Positions 17,018-26,924 of a DNA stretch of 64,000 nucleotides are shown in pieces. This DNA comes from Candidatus Staskawiczbacteria bacterium RIFCSPHIGHO2_01_FULL_39_25. GTDB lineage: Bacteria; Patescibacteriota; Minisyncoccia; Minisyncoccales; Staskawiczbacteraceae. The stretch lies in contig MHOO01000011.1 in the NCBI GenBank assembly GCA_001820095.1, positions 199,227 to 263,226 on the forward strand, read 5' to 3'. Each line of letters begins with the position of its first letter. Positions within the stretch are counted from its first letter, which is position 1. The position numbers and the translations under genes are program-made. The notes under the pieces are model-generated. The model was given only the letters and a program-made list of their open reading frames with translations. It was not told the DNA's origin and ran no database searches.

Positions 17018-17836
17018 ATGAAATTAAATTTTCTTACGAAACTCCTAGTCTTGAATTATGTTTTAGCCGTTGTTATGGTTGTGTTTTTGTATGTTTCTGG
17101 CATCCAAACTTCGCTTTTAAATAATTTATATGGGGTGCTATTTTTAGGATTTATTCCGCTCATCGGAGGCCTTAATGGGTTAATTCTCTCAAAGCACTGG
17201 GGATATTTTAAAAGTGCTATCGGTAAATCTATTATCTTTCTGTCACTGGGATTAATCTCTTGGGGTTTAGGCACATACATTTTTTCTGGTGTATATAATT
17301 TTTTACTTGGTGTAGCAGTACCGTATCCATCTATTGCAGATGTGGGGTACATTTTGAGTATCCCTCTTTGGATAATGGGGGTATTACAATTAGCTAAAGC
17401 TACTGGCGCCAAGTATGGATTGCGTTCGTTAAAGGGTAAATCCTTATTATTGATTATCCCGATATTAGTAATCGGTATTTCATATTATCTTCTTATCACG
17501 GTGGCACGGGATGGTGTAATTGATACTTCTGATTCAGAAATTTTAAAATTATTTTTTGACTTTGCTTATCCTGTAGGAGATTTATTAATCTTAACTGTGG
17601 TGACTCTTGTTTATTCTTTATCCTATAGATATTTAGGTGGGATATTTAAAAATGCTGTTTATTTAATATTATTAGGATTTATTTTAATGTATCTTGCTGA
17701 TTTTGCCTTTTCTTATACAACGACAACAGAAACTTTTTATCCTGCGAATTGGGTAGACCTTTTGTTTACTACAGCTATGTTTATTATAGTATTAGGCGTA
17801 TCGCAATTTACTCCTAAGACTGTTAATCAAGACTAA
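17018..17836 (+). CDS. integral membrane protein
   Basis: about eight hydrophobic segments; no catalytic motif recognised. Confidence 0.5.
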   Translation: MKLNFLTKLLVLNYVLAVVMVVFLYVSGIQTSLLNNLYGVLFLGFIPLIGGLNGLILSKHWGYFKSAIGKSIIFLSLGLISWGLGTYIFSGVYNFLLGVAVPYPSIADVGYILSIPLWIMGVLQLAKATGAKYGLRSLKGKSLLLIIPILVIGISYYLLITVARDGVIDTSDSEILKLFFDFAYPVGDLLILTVVTLVYSLSYRYLGGIFKNAVYLILLGFILMYLADFAFSYTTTTETFYPANWVDLLFTTAMFIIVLGVSQFTPKTVNQD

Positions 17837-17853
17837 TCTAACTTGTAAATTAT

Positions 17854-18132
17854 ATGGTAACGTTTGCTCAAATCCCAATACGTATCATAAAAGAACAGGA
17901 ACTTATTATAGGTCCCTTGGCTTGGGATGAGGCACTTAAGGTGGGCGGGCTTACTATTGATCAATCGCACAGCTCTGTTTCTTTTGCCGGAGATGAAAAA
18001 GATGTCATAAACCGCCTGGTTGCCCAATACGAGCGGCTTTTTGGAAAAGCCTCCCACGAAGTCTGCAAAGAAGCCGTCCAAGATTTGATAGCCGAAATGG
18101 CGCCAGACCAGATACCATCTAGTTTGAAGTAA
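17854..18132 (+). CDS. small conserved hypothetical protein (recombination-target gene)
   Basis: 92-aa ORF ending APDQIPSSLK; 3' parts recur at 18802, 19788 and 23864; strong terminator downstream. Confidence 0.55.
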   Translation: MVTFAQIPIRIIKEQELIIGPLAWDEALKVGGLTIDQSHSSVSFAGDEKDVINRLVAQYERLFGKASHEVCKEAVQDLIAEMAPDQIPSSLK

Positions 18133-18283
18133 TTGATTGATTTTGCGATAATAGTACAAAACGGATCATGATCCGTTTTTTGCATTTTTATTAAAAAACC
18201 TTCATAATAAAAGAAAAATTTATGTCAGAACAACCAAGAAATAATAAAGAAGAAAATAGAGTACCAATAGATTATATAAAAGA
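18061..18283 (+). repeat. ~222-nt direct repeat, copy 1
   Basis: 3' end of the small gene + terminator + first ~20 codons of the methyltransferase gene; near-identical to 19789-20010. Confidence 0.8.
18157..18181 (+). terminator. rho-independent terminator
   Basis: aaaacggatcatgatccgtttttt palindrome plus T-run; duplicated at 19885-19908. Confidence 0.7.
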
Positions 18284-18306
18284 ATGGATTTTCTATTACA
18301 TAAATT

Positions 18307-18780
18307 ATGAATATTAAAATAAGAAAATTTAAAGATTCTGATATTTTAGGTGTTGTTTCTTTAATAAAAGAGACTTTTTATAAATATAATAAAAAAGAGG
18401 CAACTAAAACAGGGATTAAAAATTATCTTACTTACTACAGTATTAATAAAGATAATTTAGAAAAGGTTAAAATTAGTTTTTTAAAAACACCTATATTTTT
18501 TGTTGCTTTAGATAATAAGAAAATTGTAGGCATGATACGGGGTACAAAAAGTTATATGGTTAATCTTTTTGTTAATGGTAATTATCATAATCAGGGAATT
18601 GGTAGAGAATTAGTTAATAAATTTGAAAATGAGGCAAAAAAACAAGTTTCCAGTGAGATAAAAATAAGAGCTTCCTTATTTGCTGTGCCATTTTATCAAA
18701 AAATAGGTTATAAAAAAACTACAGGAATTAAAAACTATAAAGGCATAAAAGTATATCCAATGAAAAAATTAATATTTTAA
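18307..18780 (+). CDS. GNAT family N-acetyltransferase
   Basis: acetyl-CoA motif A NQGIGRELV; 157 aa. Confidence 0.8.
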   Translation: MNIKIRKFKDSDILGVVSLIKETFYKYNKKEATKTGIKNYLTYYSINKDNLEKVKISFLKTPIFFVALDNKKIVGMIRGTKSYMVNLFVNGNYHNQGIGRELVNKFENEAKKQVSSEIKIRASLFAVPFYQKIGYKKTTGIKNYKGIKVYPMKKLIF

Positions 18781-18801
18781 AAATATTAGAAAGGTGAATC
18801 A

Positions 18802-19036
18802 ATAGGGTCGGTCACCATTTATTATCAATTGATCAATCTCATAGTTCTGTTTCTTTCGCCGGAGATGAAAAAGATATTATAGAAATCCCCGCTGCTTCGC
18901 AGCTCTCTAATAATTTTTAAAGATTTATTTTCATTCTGTGAAAACTTTAAAAATTATTGGATTTATATATTTTCCTCCGCTGCGGCTCCGGGCAGGCATT
19001 CGCCTGAAAATATAAACCGCCTGGTTGCCCAGTATA
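18802..19036 (+). pseudogene. internal fragment of the 17854-18132 gene family, split by a 133-nt insert
   Basis: attgatcaatct..ggagatgaaaaagat and aaccgcctggttgcccagtat match 17950-18035; insert 18882-19014 carries several hairpins. Confidence 0.6.
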
Positions 19037-19224
19037 TTTTCATAAAAAAACGACTATCGCCGTTTTTTTATTTGCATTTCCGTTTGCATTTTTGTTACTA
19101 AAAAGGCAAAATAAGTTTACAAATGAAAATATGCCGGTACTGGAGCCTTTTGGTCTTTCAAATAAAGAATCAAGAGGTCATGATACACTTATGTATTTAT
19201 TGGAGAATAAAAAGTAAAAAAAGT

Positions 19225-19698
19225 ATGGCTCACATTAATGAACTCATCGATTTTACAATTGCTGTATATATTGTACATGATGATAAGGTCCTACTTATCC
19301 ATCACAAGCAACTTTTGAAATGGTTGCCTATTGGCGGCCATATCGAACTACACGAAGATCCCGAAGAAGCATTGTTTCGTGAAATTCAAGAAGAGTGCGG
19401 GCTTGAAGTAGAAGTCGCTGGGACAAAACAGACACTCAATGAAGTTGGCACAAAGTCTCTTTTGCCTCCCATATACTTGAATATTCACGATATCAAACTG
19501 CCTCATCGGCATGTTGGATTCATCTATTTTGCTAAGGCAAAATCGGATAAATTTGCCCATAACAAAGAGGAACACGATAATATCCGTTGGTTTACGGCGA
19601 ATGAGCTTTTAGATCCACAGTATGTGATTGGTGAATATGTTCGCTACTACGCCGAACAGGCTATTAAGTACTTCCATAAAGGAGAAAGTAATGCTTAA
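19225..19698 (+). CDS. Nudix hydrolase
   Basis: Nudix box GGHIELHEDPEEALFREIQEECGLEV; ATG 19225 in frame within ORF 19123..19698. Confidence 0.85.
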   Translation: MAHINELIDFTIAVYIVHDDKVLLIHHKQLLKWLPIGGHIELHEDPEEALFREIQEECGLEVEVAGTKQTLNEVGTKSLLPPIYLNIHDIKLPHRHVGFIYFAKAKSDKFAHNKEEHDNIRWFTANELLDPQYVIGEYVRYYAEQAIKYFHKGESNA

Positions 19699-19795
19699 GC
19701 TCGCTGTTATTGGTTTAGGGAAACGAGCTCTTAAGAGCCATATTCCCTCAGTTCTTGAAAGTGAAAAGTTTGATTTAGTCGCATTATATGTGTAA
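19691..19795 (+). pseudogene. 5' fragment of a Gfo/Idh/MocA-type oxidoreductase
   Basis: MLKLAVIGLGKRALKSHIPSVLESEKFDLVALYV* : Rossmann N-terminus cut at the repeat junction. Confidence 0.5.
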
Positions 19796-19859
19796 AGATG
19801 CAGTCCAAGATTTAATTGCTGAAATGCCTCCAGAACAAATCCCATCTAGTTTAAAATAA
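19788..19859 (+). pseudogene. 3' fragment of the 17854-18132 gene family
   Basis: encodes (M)CKDAVQDLIAEMPPEQIPSSLK*, matching the C-terminus of the full gene. Confidence 0.65.
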
Positions 19860-19948
19860 TTGATTGATTTTGCAATACTAGTACAAAACGGATCATGATC
19901 CGTTTTTTGCATTTTTATTAAAAAACCTTCATAATAAAAGAAAAATTT

Positions 19949-20611
19949 ATGTCAGAACAATCAAGAAATAGTAAAGAAGAAAATAGAGTACCAATAGATT
20001 ATATAAAAGACAAATATAATAAAATATATTCTGAAAACGAAGTTACTTTTGGTAAGGGTAAACCAGAAAAAATTATTGAGGATATAATCCAGTATTGTAC
20101 CTCTGGGTCGGTTTTAGAATTAGGTGCTGGTGAAGGAAGAAATTCTTTATTTTTAGCTGGACATGGGCTTGAAGTAACAGCAAAAGACATATCCGATGTA
20201 GGTGTAGATAAGATTAACAAGTTAGCAGAGGCGAAGGGTTTAAATATAAAAGCAGAAGTTGCAGATGTTAGTGATTTAAGTCTTGATAATAATTTTGATG
20301 TACTTATTTCTACTTTTATGTTGCATCATCTATCTCGCAGGGAAGCAATAAAGTTAATTGAGCAAATGAAGGAACATACAAATGTTGATGGATTAAATGC
20401 CATAACTGCCTTCACTAAAAATGGCGATTTTTTCAAAAGAAACCCTGAAACAGATGATTTTTATCCTGAAGAGGGAGAACTAAAAGATATATACTCGGAT
20501 TGGGAAATTTTAGAATACGAAGAAGTTGAAGGCGGGGCGTTTGACAAAAATCCAGATGGAAGTCCTATTTTAAATATATCTGCGAAAATATTAGCTAAAA
20601 AACTGAAATAA
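19949..20611 (+). CDS. class I SAM-dependent methyltransferase (TehB-like)
   Basis: motif I VLELGAGEGRNSLFLA, acidic AKDIS, FMLHHL; first ~20 codons duplicated at 18222. Confidence 0.8.
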   Translation: MSEQSRNSKEENRVPIDYIKDKYNKIYSENEVTFGKGKPEKIIEDIIQYCTSGSVLELGAGEGRNSLFLAGHGLEVTAKDISDVGVDKINKLAEAKGLNIKAEVADVSDLSLDNNFDVLISTFMLHHLSRREAIKLIEQMKEHTNVDGLNAITAFTKNGDFFKRNPETDDFYPEEGELKDIYSDWEILEYEEVEGGAFDKNPDGSPILNISAKILAKKLK

Positions 20612-20614
20612 AAA

Positions 20615-21235
20615 ATGAAACTATATTTAGTAAGGCATGGTCAAACAGAACACAACGCTTCATCATTACATCAAGATGAAAAAGTTGAATTGTCTAAGCA
20701 GGGTAAAAAACAAGCTATAATTCTAGCCAAAAGATTTTCAAAAATTCCCATAGAATTGATTTATTCCAGCCCAATGAATAGGGCCAGAAAGACTGCAGAA
20801 GTTATTAATAAAAAAATTAAAAAAGAAATTATCTATAGTGATTTTTTGAAAGAGTGGAAAAATCCATCGGAAGTTATTGATAAGAGCATTGATGATCCTG
20901 AAGTTAAAAAAATTCATGAACTGACCTATAAACATAGAGACGATCCTTTTTGGCACTATTCTGATGAGGAAAATTTTTTTGAATTTAAAAAAAGAGTTTT
21001 TAAATTCATTAATCTTTTAAGTAAAACTAAAAAAGAAAATATTTTAGCAGTAACCCATGGAGGCCCGATAAGAGTAATGATTCTTTTAATGATGCTTGGA
21101 GACAATATTAATGGAGATGATTTCAGAAAATTTAAATCCACATTCAGATTAGATAATACGGGCATAACTCTGTGCAAGAAAGAAAATGGGTACTGGGTAA
21201 TTCAAACCTTTAACGACCATTCTCACTTAGGTTGA
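20615..21235 (+). CDS. histidine phosphatase family protein (phosphoglycerate mutase-like)
   Basis: LVRHGQTEHN catalytic RHG motif and later THGGPIR. Confidence 0.85.
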   Translation: MKLYLVRHGQTEHNASSLHQDEKVELSKQGKKQAIILAKRFSKIPIELIYSSPMNRARKTAEVINKKIKKEIIYSDFLKEWKNPSEVIDKSIDDPEVKKIHELTYKHRDDPFWHYSDEENFFEFKKRVFKFINLLSKTKKENILAVTHGGPIRVMILLMMLGDNINGDDFRKFKSTFRLDNTGITLCKKENGYWVIQTFNDHSHLG

Positions 21236-21328
21236 TTCATTAATTTTATTTAAATAAATTTATAAGGAACTAATGGATATTGCTAAATTAAAGAAAATAT
21301 AGTATAGTCTTATTAGCTTCTTTGATAA

Positions 21329-22381
<1,053 letters not shown>

Positions 22382-22592
22382 AGGTAAACCCTTATGTTCT
22401 CAAGAGAGAATGTAGGGGTTTTTATATTTTATCTAATATCTTTTAAGAAAATTTACCAAATAAAATTCAAAATATAAGTGAACAAAATAAACTAAAAACT
22501 TGCAATAATTTAAAAGTATGTTACTATAATAAAAAAAGACGCCTATAGCAGGCTTGCCGAAAACTCAGGCCTTTGACAAAAGGAGCATTGGA

Positions 22593-23168
22593 ATGAATCT
22601 TGCACCAGAAATTGCAAAACCAGCTACTTCTACACTGTTGAAAAGATCACATGCCATTATTATCGCTGGGCCTGCGGGTGTTGGTAAGACGGCCGCCGCT
22701 CACTATCTGAAAGATGCCTTACATGCTCATCTTCCGTGGGTAGTAAGATATCTATCAGGAGATATGTATTCGCACATCTCATTTCCGTGGGTTGCGAATA
22801 CTGAGCAGCTTGATAGGAAGTATGATTGCCTCTGTTCTTCAATAGAACATCTGATCAGGAGGGATCATAACATTATTCTTGTTATGGATGATCTCTTCAG
22901 GAGAGACGAAGACTGGAGGCGTGTTCTTGATGCGCTAGATCGGAACGGTGTTTCTGCACAAACATTCCTCTTAGCTACAGAGTTGCCAGAACTACTTGCA
23001 AGGAATGCAAAACGTACTGGTTTCCAGAAAGCTTCGGAGGATCAGATCAGAGAAGCGTTTCGGTTGAGCAGTCTCATTAATTGGATACCATCCATTAGTG
23101 TATCCGCCGACCAGGAAACTGATAGCGTGGTGAAGGAAATCCTGAGTCTCTTTTTATGTAAAATATAA
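22593..23168 (+). CDS. P-loop NTPase, kinase-like
   Basis: Walker A GPAGVGKT, Walker B-like ILVMDD; aggag RBS before ATG 22593 (ORF track starts at 22554); GC-rich. Confidence 0.6.
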   Translation: MNLAPEIAKPATSTLLKRSHAIIIAGPAGVGKTAAAHYLKDALHAHLPWVVRYLSGDMYSHISFPWVANTEQLDRKYDCLCSSIEHLIRRDHNIILVMDDLFRRDEDWRRVLDALDRNGVSAQTFLLATELPELLARNAKRTGFQKASEDQIREAFRLSSLINWIPSISVSADQETDSVVKEILSLFLCKI

Positions 23169-23175
23169 AAAGAGA

Positions 23176-23208
23176 GCGCTGCCTAGTGATAGACAGCGCA
23201 TTTTTTTT
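23176..23208. terminator. bidirectional terminator between convergent genes
   Basis: gcgctg...cagcgc hairpin plus T8. Confidence 0.6.
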
Positions 23209-23223
23209 GGAACGACACTTATA

Positions 23224-23724
23224 CTAGCTGCTGCAACTGCACCAACCGTACACTTCGCACTCCTTGCAGTCCGGATTGCTGTGGACGTACTTGGAGTCAT
23301 CGGCGTGCTTGCGCTTCGGTTCGAGCCAGACAGGGTATGGTTCGCCAAACTCGGCCTTGTATAGCTCGATGGCGTTGAGGTACGCCGTGCGTTGCGGGCT
23401 TCCGGTAGTCGCATGGTGGACGAAAATTCCGAGACGACGGGACAGCTGGCGATAATCTTTCGTTTGAATGATCATCGCGTGCCACATCTCGTCCAACTGG
23501 TCCGAGGGCGTGATATTGTCTGCGTGGAAGCACGCGAGACAGAGAAACTTGAGCATTTCAACGAAATGCTCATTCGCCGTTTTCTGATCGAGGCCGAAGA
23601 TGCGAGCGTAGTAGCTGATCGCGCCTTCGTTTCGAAAGTCTTTCACGGTCTCGAAGAGTGCGGCGGGCGAGGACGGTCGCCGTGGTGATATGCCAATATT
23701 CCTCTCGAGGATAGCAGTGCTCAT
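23224..23724 (-). CDS. hypothetical protein with DExWH...HH motif (glycine-rich-domain-protein/DUF1399-like, tentative), Cys-rich tail
   Basis: DEMWHAMIIQTKDYRQLSRRLGIFVHHATTG; C-terminus NPDCKECEVYGWCSCSS; paralog of 24445-24945; GC-rich. Confidence 0.55.
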   Translation of the reverse strand: MSTAILERNIGISPRRPSSPAALFETVKDFRNEGAISYYARIFGLDQKTANEHFVEMLKFLCLACFHADNITPSDQLDEMWHAMIIQTKDYRQLSRRLGIFVHHATTGSPQRTAYLNAIELYKAEFGEPYPVWLEPKRKHADDSKYVHSNPDCKECEVYGWCSCSS

Positions 23725-23793
23725 AGAGCAGCTCCTTAAAGAACATTCTGAGATTTTGTTAGCGAAATTGCTAACCTAACCCCTTGATTAAAT

Positions 23794-23821
23794 ATTTTAC
23801 ATAAATTTAATACTTTGTCAA
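23794..23821 (-). promoter_or_regulatory. sigma70-like promoter for 23224-23724
   Basis: minus strand TTGACA, 16 nt spacer, TAAAAT; perfect palindrome gttagc-gaaatt-gctaac at 23758-23775 lies between promoter and start. Confidence 0.45.
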
Positions 23822-23863
23822 TAATTTTCGGTCTTTTTGCTTTCATCTCCACGATAATATCTT

Positions 23864-24006
23864 GAGACGAAAAAGATGTGATCAAGCGCCTGGTTGCCCA
23901 ATATGAACGGCTTTTTGGGAAAGCTTCCCACGAAGTGTGTAAGGAAGCCGTGCAAGACCTTATCGCCGAAATGGCGCCAGACCAGATACCATCTAGTTTG
24001 AAGTAG
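23864..24006 (+). pseudogene. GC-richer 3' fragment of the 17854-18132 gene family
   Basis: encodes DEKDVIKRLVAQYERLFGKASHEVCKEAVQDLIAEMAPDQIPSSLK*, almost the same peptide as the full gene but with synonymous G/C changes; own terminator at 24036-24057. Confidence 0.7.
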
Positions 24007-24058
24007 AATGCACAATATCAAGCAATGAATTTTTAAGTGGCTATACTGCCACTTTTTG

Positions 24059-24086
24059 TTGACAGAATCATCTTATGATGTATTAT
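24059..24086 (+). promoter_or_regulatory. sigma70-like promoter
   Basis: TTGACA, 16 nt spacer, TATTAT upstream of 24160. Confidence 0.45.
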
Positions 24087-24159
24087 AAATATAGAGAATT
24101 GCAGAACTCGGCATTGCGCAGAATTTGTGATTTCTACTGTTCTTTTAAGGAGGTATTTT

Positions 24160-24348
24160 ATGCTGACCGAATTGGAGAAAGAACGACTATGTCGTCTTCC
24201 TCTCGATCCTCAAATGTTTGATAAAGAGGATTGGAATGATCTTCAGTTTCGCCTTATGCGCGTTCTCGAAGAAGAGGAGATTTTTTCTTCTTATCAGGAA
24301 TTGTCATTAGTTCCAACTCCACCTCAAAATGGTGAGAATGTTCCATAA
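24160..24348 (+). CDS. small acidic hypothetical protein
   Basis: aaggagg RBS 7 nt before ATG 24160; in frame with ORF 24127..24348. Confidence 0.4.
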   Translation: MLTELEKERLCRLPLDPQMFDKEDWNDLQFRLMRVLEEEEIFSSYQELSLVPTPPQNGENVP

Positions 24349-24444
24349 CATTGACAATTCTCCATGAATGTTCAGAATTGAGTATAAGGTTTGGTAATGT
24401 GCCTTACCTTGAAGATTCCCTGTCCTTTTCACAAAGGAGTTCCA

Positions 24445-24945
24445 ATGACCGTGTATCGTGGGATCAAGATTACCAACAGCTGGGTTGCCACTTCATCGGG
24501 ACCTGGTGGTGGTACTCCCTCGAGGGCGAGTTCGCTCAAGGGTTGCAAGAAAGCGACTCTGGAAGAAGTGTTGGAGTACCAAAACTCCAACGTCGTTCTG
24601 CGAATTCAGAGGGAACTTGGGGTTGAAGTGTCCAAGGCACAGGAATTCTTCACTGATTTGAAGCGCTTCCTGTGGCTGGTTGCCAACTCCTCGGTTGAAT
24701 GTCTCGTTCCTAGTCCTGTCGTCGATGAGGCGTGGCATTCTTTTGTACTCTTCACGCAAGAGTACACCGACTTCTGCGATCGCTACTTCGGTCGCTTCAT
24801 CCATCATTCTCCCGTGCATCAGGGTGAAGCTCGGATGACCGCGGAAGATCTGCAGCCAACCATTGACGCAGTTCAAGCCGCATTCGGCGGGATCCCGTCA
24901 ACCAACTGGCACTACGTGCCGGTCAAGGAATTGCTTGCTGCATAG
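24445..24945 (+). CDS. hypothetical protein with DExWH...HH motif, paralog of 23224-23724
   Basis: DEAWHSFVLFTQEYTDFCDRYFGRFIHHSPV; aaaggag RBS before ATG 24445; terminator hairpin at 24958-24999. Confidence 0.55.
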   Translation: MTVYRGIKITNSWVATSSGPGGGTPSRASSLKGCKKATLEEVLEYQNSNVVLRIQRELGVEVSKAQEFFTDLKRFLWLVANSSVECLVPSPVVDEAWHSFVLFTQEYTDFCDRYFGRFIHHSPVHQGEARMTAEDLQPTIDAVQAAFGGIPSTNWHYVPVKELLAA

Positions 24946-25009
24946 TGAGCAATTCACATGCCCGCTTCTGATGAAAATCATGAGCGGGCTAATTTTTTAT
25001 AAAAACTAT

Positions 25010-25540
25010 ATGAATTATTTGTATCATCGAGTTCCAGAAAATATGCAAGGCAGTGTTTTGTATCCACTGAATGTAATAAAAGAAAAGTACCCCGAAATTT
25101 ACCAAAAGCAGGTTAGTAAATATGTGGGGCGGGAAGAATTAACCAAGCGCATTATTCCAATCTTAAATTGCCTATGGAGCGATGTATTGCATTTTTCTCC
25201 TGTACATCCTGCAGAAGTTAAAAAAGCCCTCATTGAAGCTGGGTGGTCTTCAGATTTTTCTATGCAATATTATCAAATTGATCCTAGAATACTGGAATCG
25301 AAAAATACTATTGTCTATTTTGCGAGTCCTGATAATAAAATAAATGATCCTAATCCAGATAATTTTATATCGTATAATCCCGCTGATTTAGAAAAGTTTT
25401 CTGTGATGCCAGAAAAAAATAAGCAGTACTACAAGGAAGTTATTAATCAGGGTGGACGGCCATTACTTTATCCTTGGATTACACACATTTTATATAAAGG
25501 TAGTATTAATATTACTGATTTTCCAATTATTTCTGTATAA
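25010..25540 (+). CDS. hypothetical protein
   Basis: ATG 25010 lies just after the upstream terminator, so the longer ORF 24863..25540 is unlikely; AT-rich. Confidence 0.5.
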   Translation: MNYLYHRVPENMQGSVLYPLNVIKEKYPEIYQKQVSKYVGREELTKRIIPILNCLWSDVLHFSPVHPAEVKKALIEAGWSSDFSMQYYQIDPRILESKNTIVYFASPDNKINDPNPDNFISYNPADLEKFSVMPEKNKQYYKEVINQGGRPLLYPWITHILYKGSINITDFPIISV

Positions 25541-25664
25541 CTATACATTTTTTAAGATAAATTCTCGGGTTAATTTTCAGATTTTTTTATAAACAACCAC
25601 AAACTAAAAAGCGGCTTTAAAACCGCTTTTTAGTTGTAATATTGTTTCTTATGTCTTAGTTGTT

Positions 25665-26165
25665 CTATTTATCTATTACTTTGTAAGAATAATTAAAATC
25701 TCTTTTTTTAACTTCAATAACAAAAAGATAGTCCTGTTCCTTGCCCTTGGATAACGGCTTTATATATTCGGCAACGCCCTGTGTATCTTCATTTGAAAAT
25801 CCAACACCCTCTAGGACATAAATATAACCTTTTTGCCGTATTACTTCTCCCTCAGGCTTTCCCTCAATAATAACTTCTTGAGAGTTGCCTTTATTGAGTC
25901 TATAATCTAGGTTAGTTTGACCAGGAAGGTTGTTTGGAAAGAGAGCCTTGATAATTGCCACTCCTCCGTCATCGGTAGCATGAAAAATTCCTCTCCCTGA
26001 AATTAATTTCTCACCTTGAGGAATAAGTGTTCCACTGCCATGAAATAAGTATCCTTTTTCTTTATTGAGCCAGTTTAAAAAATCTTCTAGCCTAGAAGAT
26101 GTGAAATTCTCATGTGAAATATATTTATGAGACAATCCTACATTAAGAATTTTTTCAAAATCCAT
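25665..26165 (-). CDS. hypothetical protein
   Basis: ORF track; bidirectional terminator at 25600-25635; no motif recognised. Confidence 0.5.
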   Translation of the reverse strand: MDFEKILNVGLSHKYISHENFTSSRLEDFLNWLNKEKGYLFHGSGTLIPQGEKLISGRGIFHATDDGGVAIIKALFPNNLPGQTNLDYRLNKGNSQEVIIEGKPEGEVIRQKGYIYVLEGVGFSNEDTQGVAEYIKPLSKGKEQDYLFVIEVKKRDFNYSYKVIDK

Positions 26166-26328
26166 TATATTTTTCTAAAGAAGCTTATTTTTATATTTTA
26201 ATTTTAAATCGCCCCGAGACTTTATACAAGTCTCGAGTTTGAAATAATGATAAAACAATTTAAAGATAATAATCAGTTCAAATGCTTTGTATTATTTACT
26301 TTTTCCCCATTTGAATTATGATAAGTCT

Positions 26329-26919
26329 ATGATTGAAGTAGAGAAGAAGTTTATCTTAACCCCAGAGCAAGAAAAAAGCCTTATTGAAGGGGCTGAATTT
26401 TTAGGTGAGAAACAATTTACTGATATTTATTACGACGACAAGGATTTTTCATTAACTACCAAAGATATTTGGTTTCGCCAAAGGGATGGAAGATTTGAAT
26501 TAAAACTTCCTATGAACGTTTCTTTGGAAGAAAGGGTTTCAGACCAATACAAAGAAATAGAAGATGAAAAAGAAATAAAAAAGTATTTTAATTTTAATAA
26601 TGATGCTAGCTTGTCGGATTTATTAAAAGAGAGGGAATACGAATCATTTTGCATTATGACGACTATAAGAAAAAAATACAAAAAAGAAGATTTTGGGATA
26701 GATATGGATATTGTGGATTTTGGTTATGCTATTGCTGAAATAGAATATATGGCCCAAGACAATTCAAATTTACAACAGGCAACTGATAAAATTATTGAAT
26801 TTGCAAAGAAACATAATCTGACGTTTGATGAATTAACACGGGGAAAGGGGTCTGAATACATAAGAAGAAATAATCCAAAGCATTTCCAAGCACTTATTGA
26901 TGTGAAAGTAATTAAATAA
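26329..26919 (+). CDS. CYTH-domain protein (triphosphate tunnel metalloenzyme-like)
   Basis: N-terminal MIEVEKKF (ExExK signature); ATG 26329 in frame with ORF 26287. Confidence 0.6.
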   Translation: MIEVEKKFILTPEQEKSLIEGAEFLGEKQFTDIYYDDKDFSLTTKDIWFRQRDGRFELKLPMNVSLEERVSDQYKEIEDEKEIKKYFNFNNDASLSDLLKEREYESFCIMTTIRKKYKKEDFGIDMDIVDFGYAIAEIEYMAQDNSNLQQATDKIIEFAKKHNLTFDELTRGKGSEYIRRNNPKHFQALIDVKVIK

Positions 26920-26924
26920 AAACC

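Noticed and set aside
24351-24661. Alternative-frame ORFs 24351-24626 and 24458-24661, plus the long upstream extensions 24391, 24863, 22554 and 19123
   Set aside because: Internal ATGs with good RBS (24445, 22593) or located just after a terminator (25010), or matching the start of the conserved domain (19225), give better gene models. The alternative frames lack motifs.
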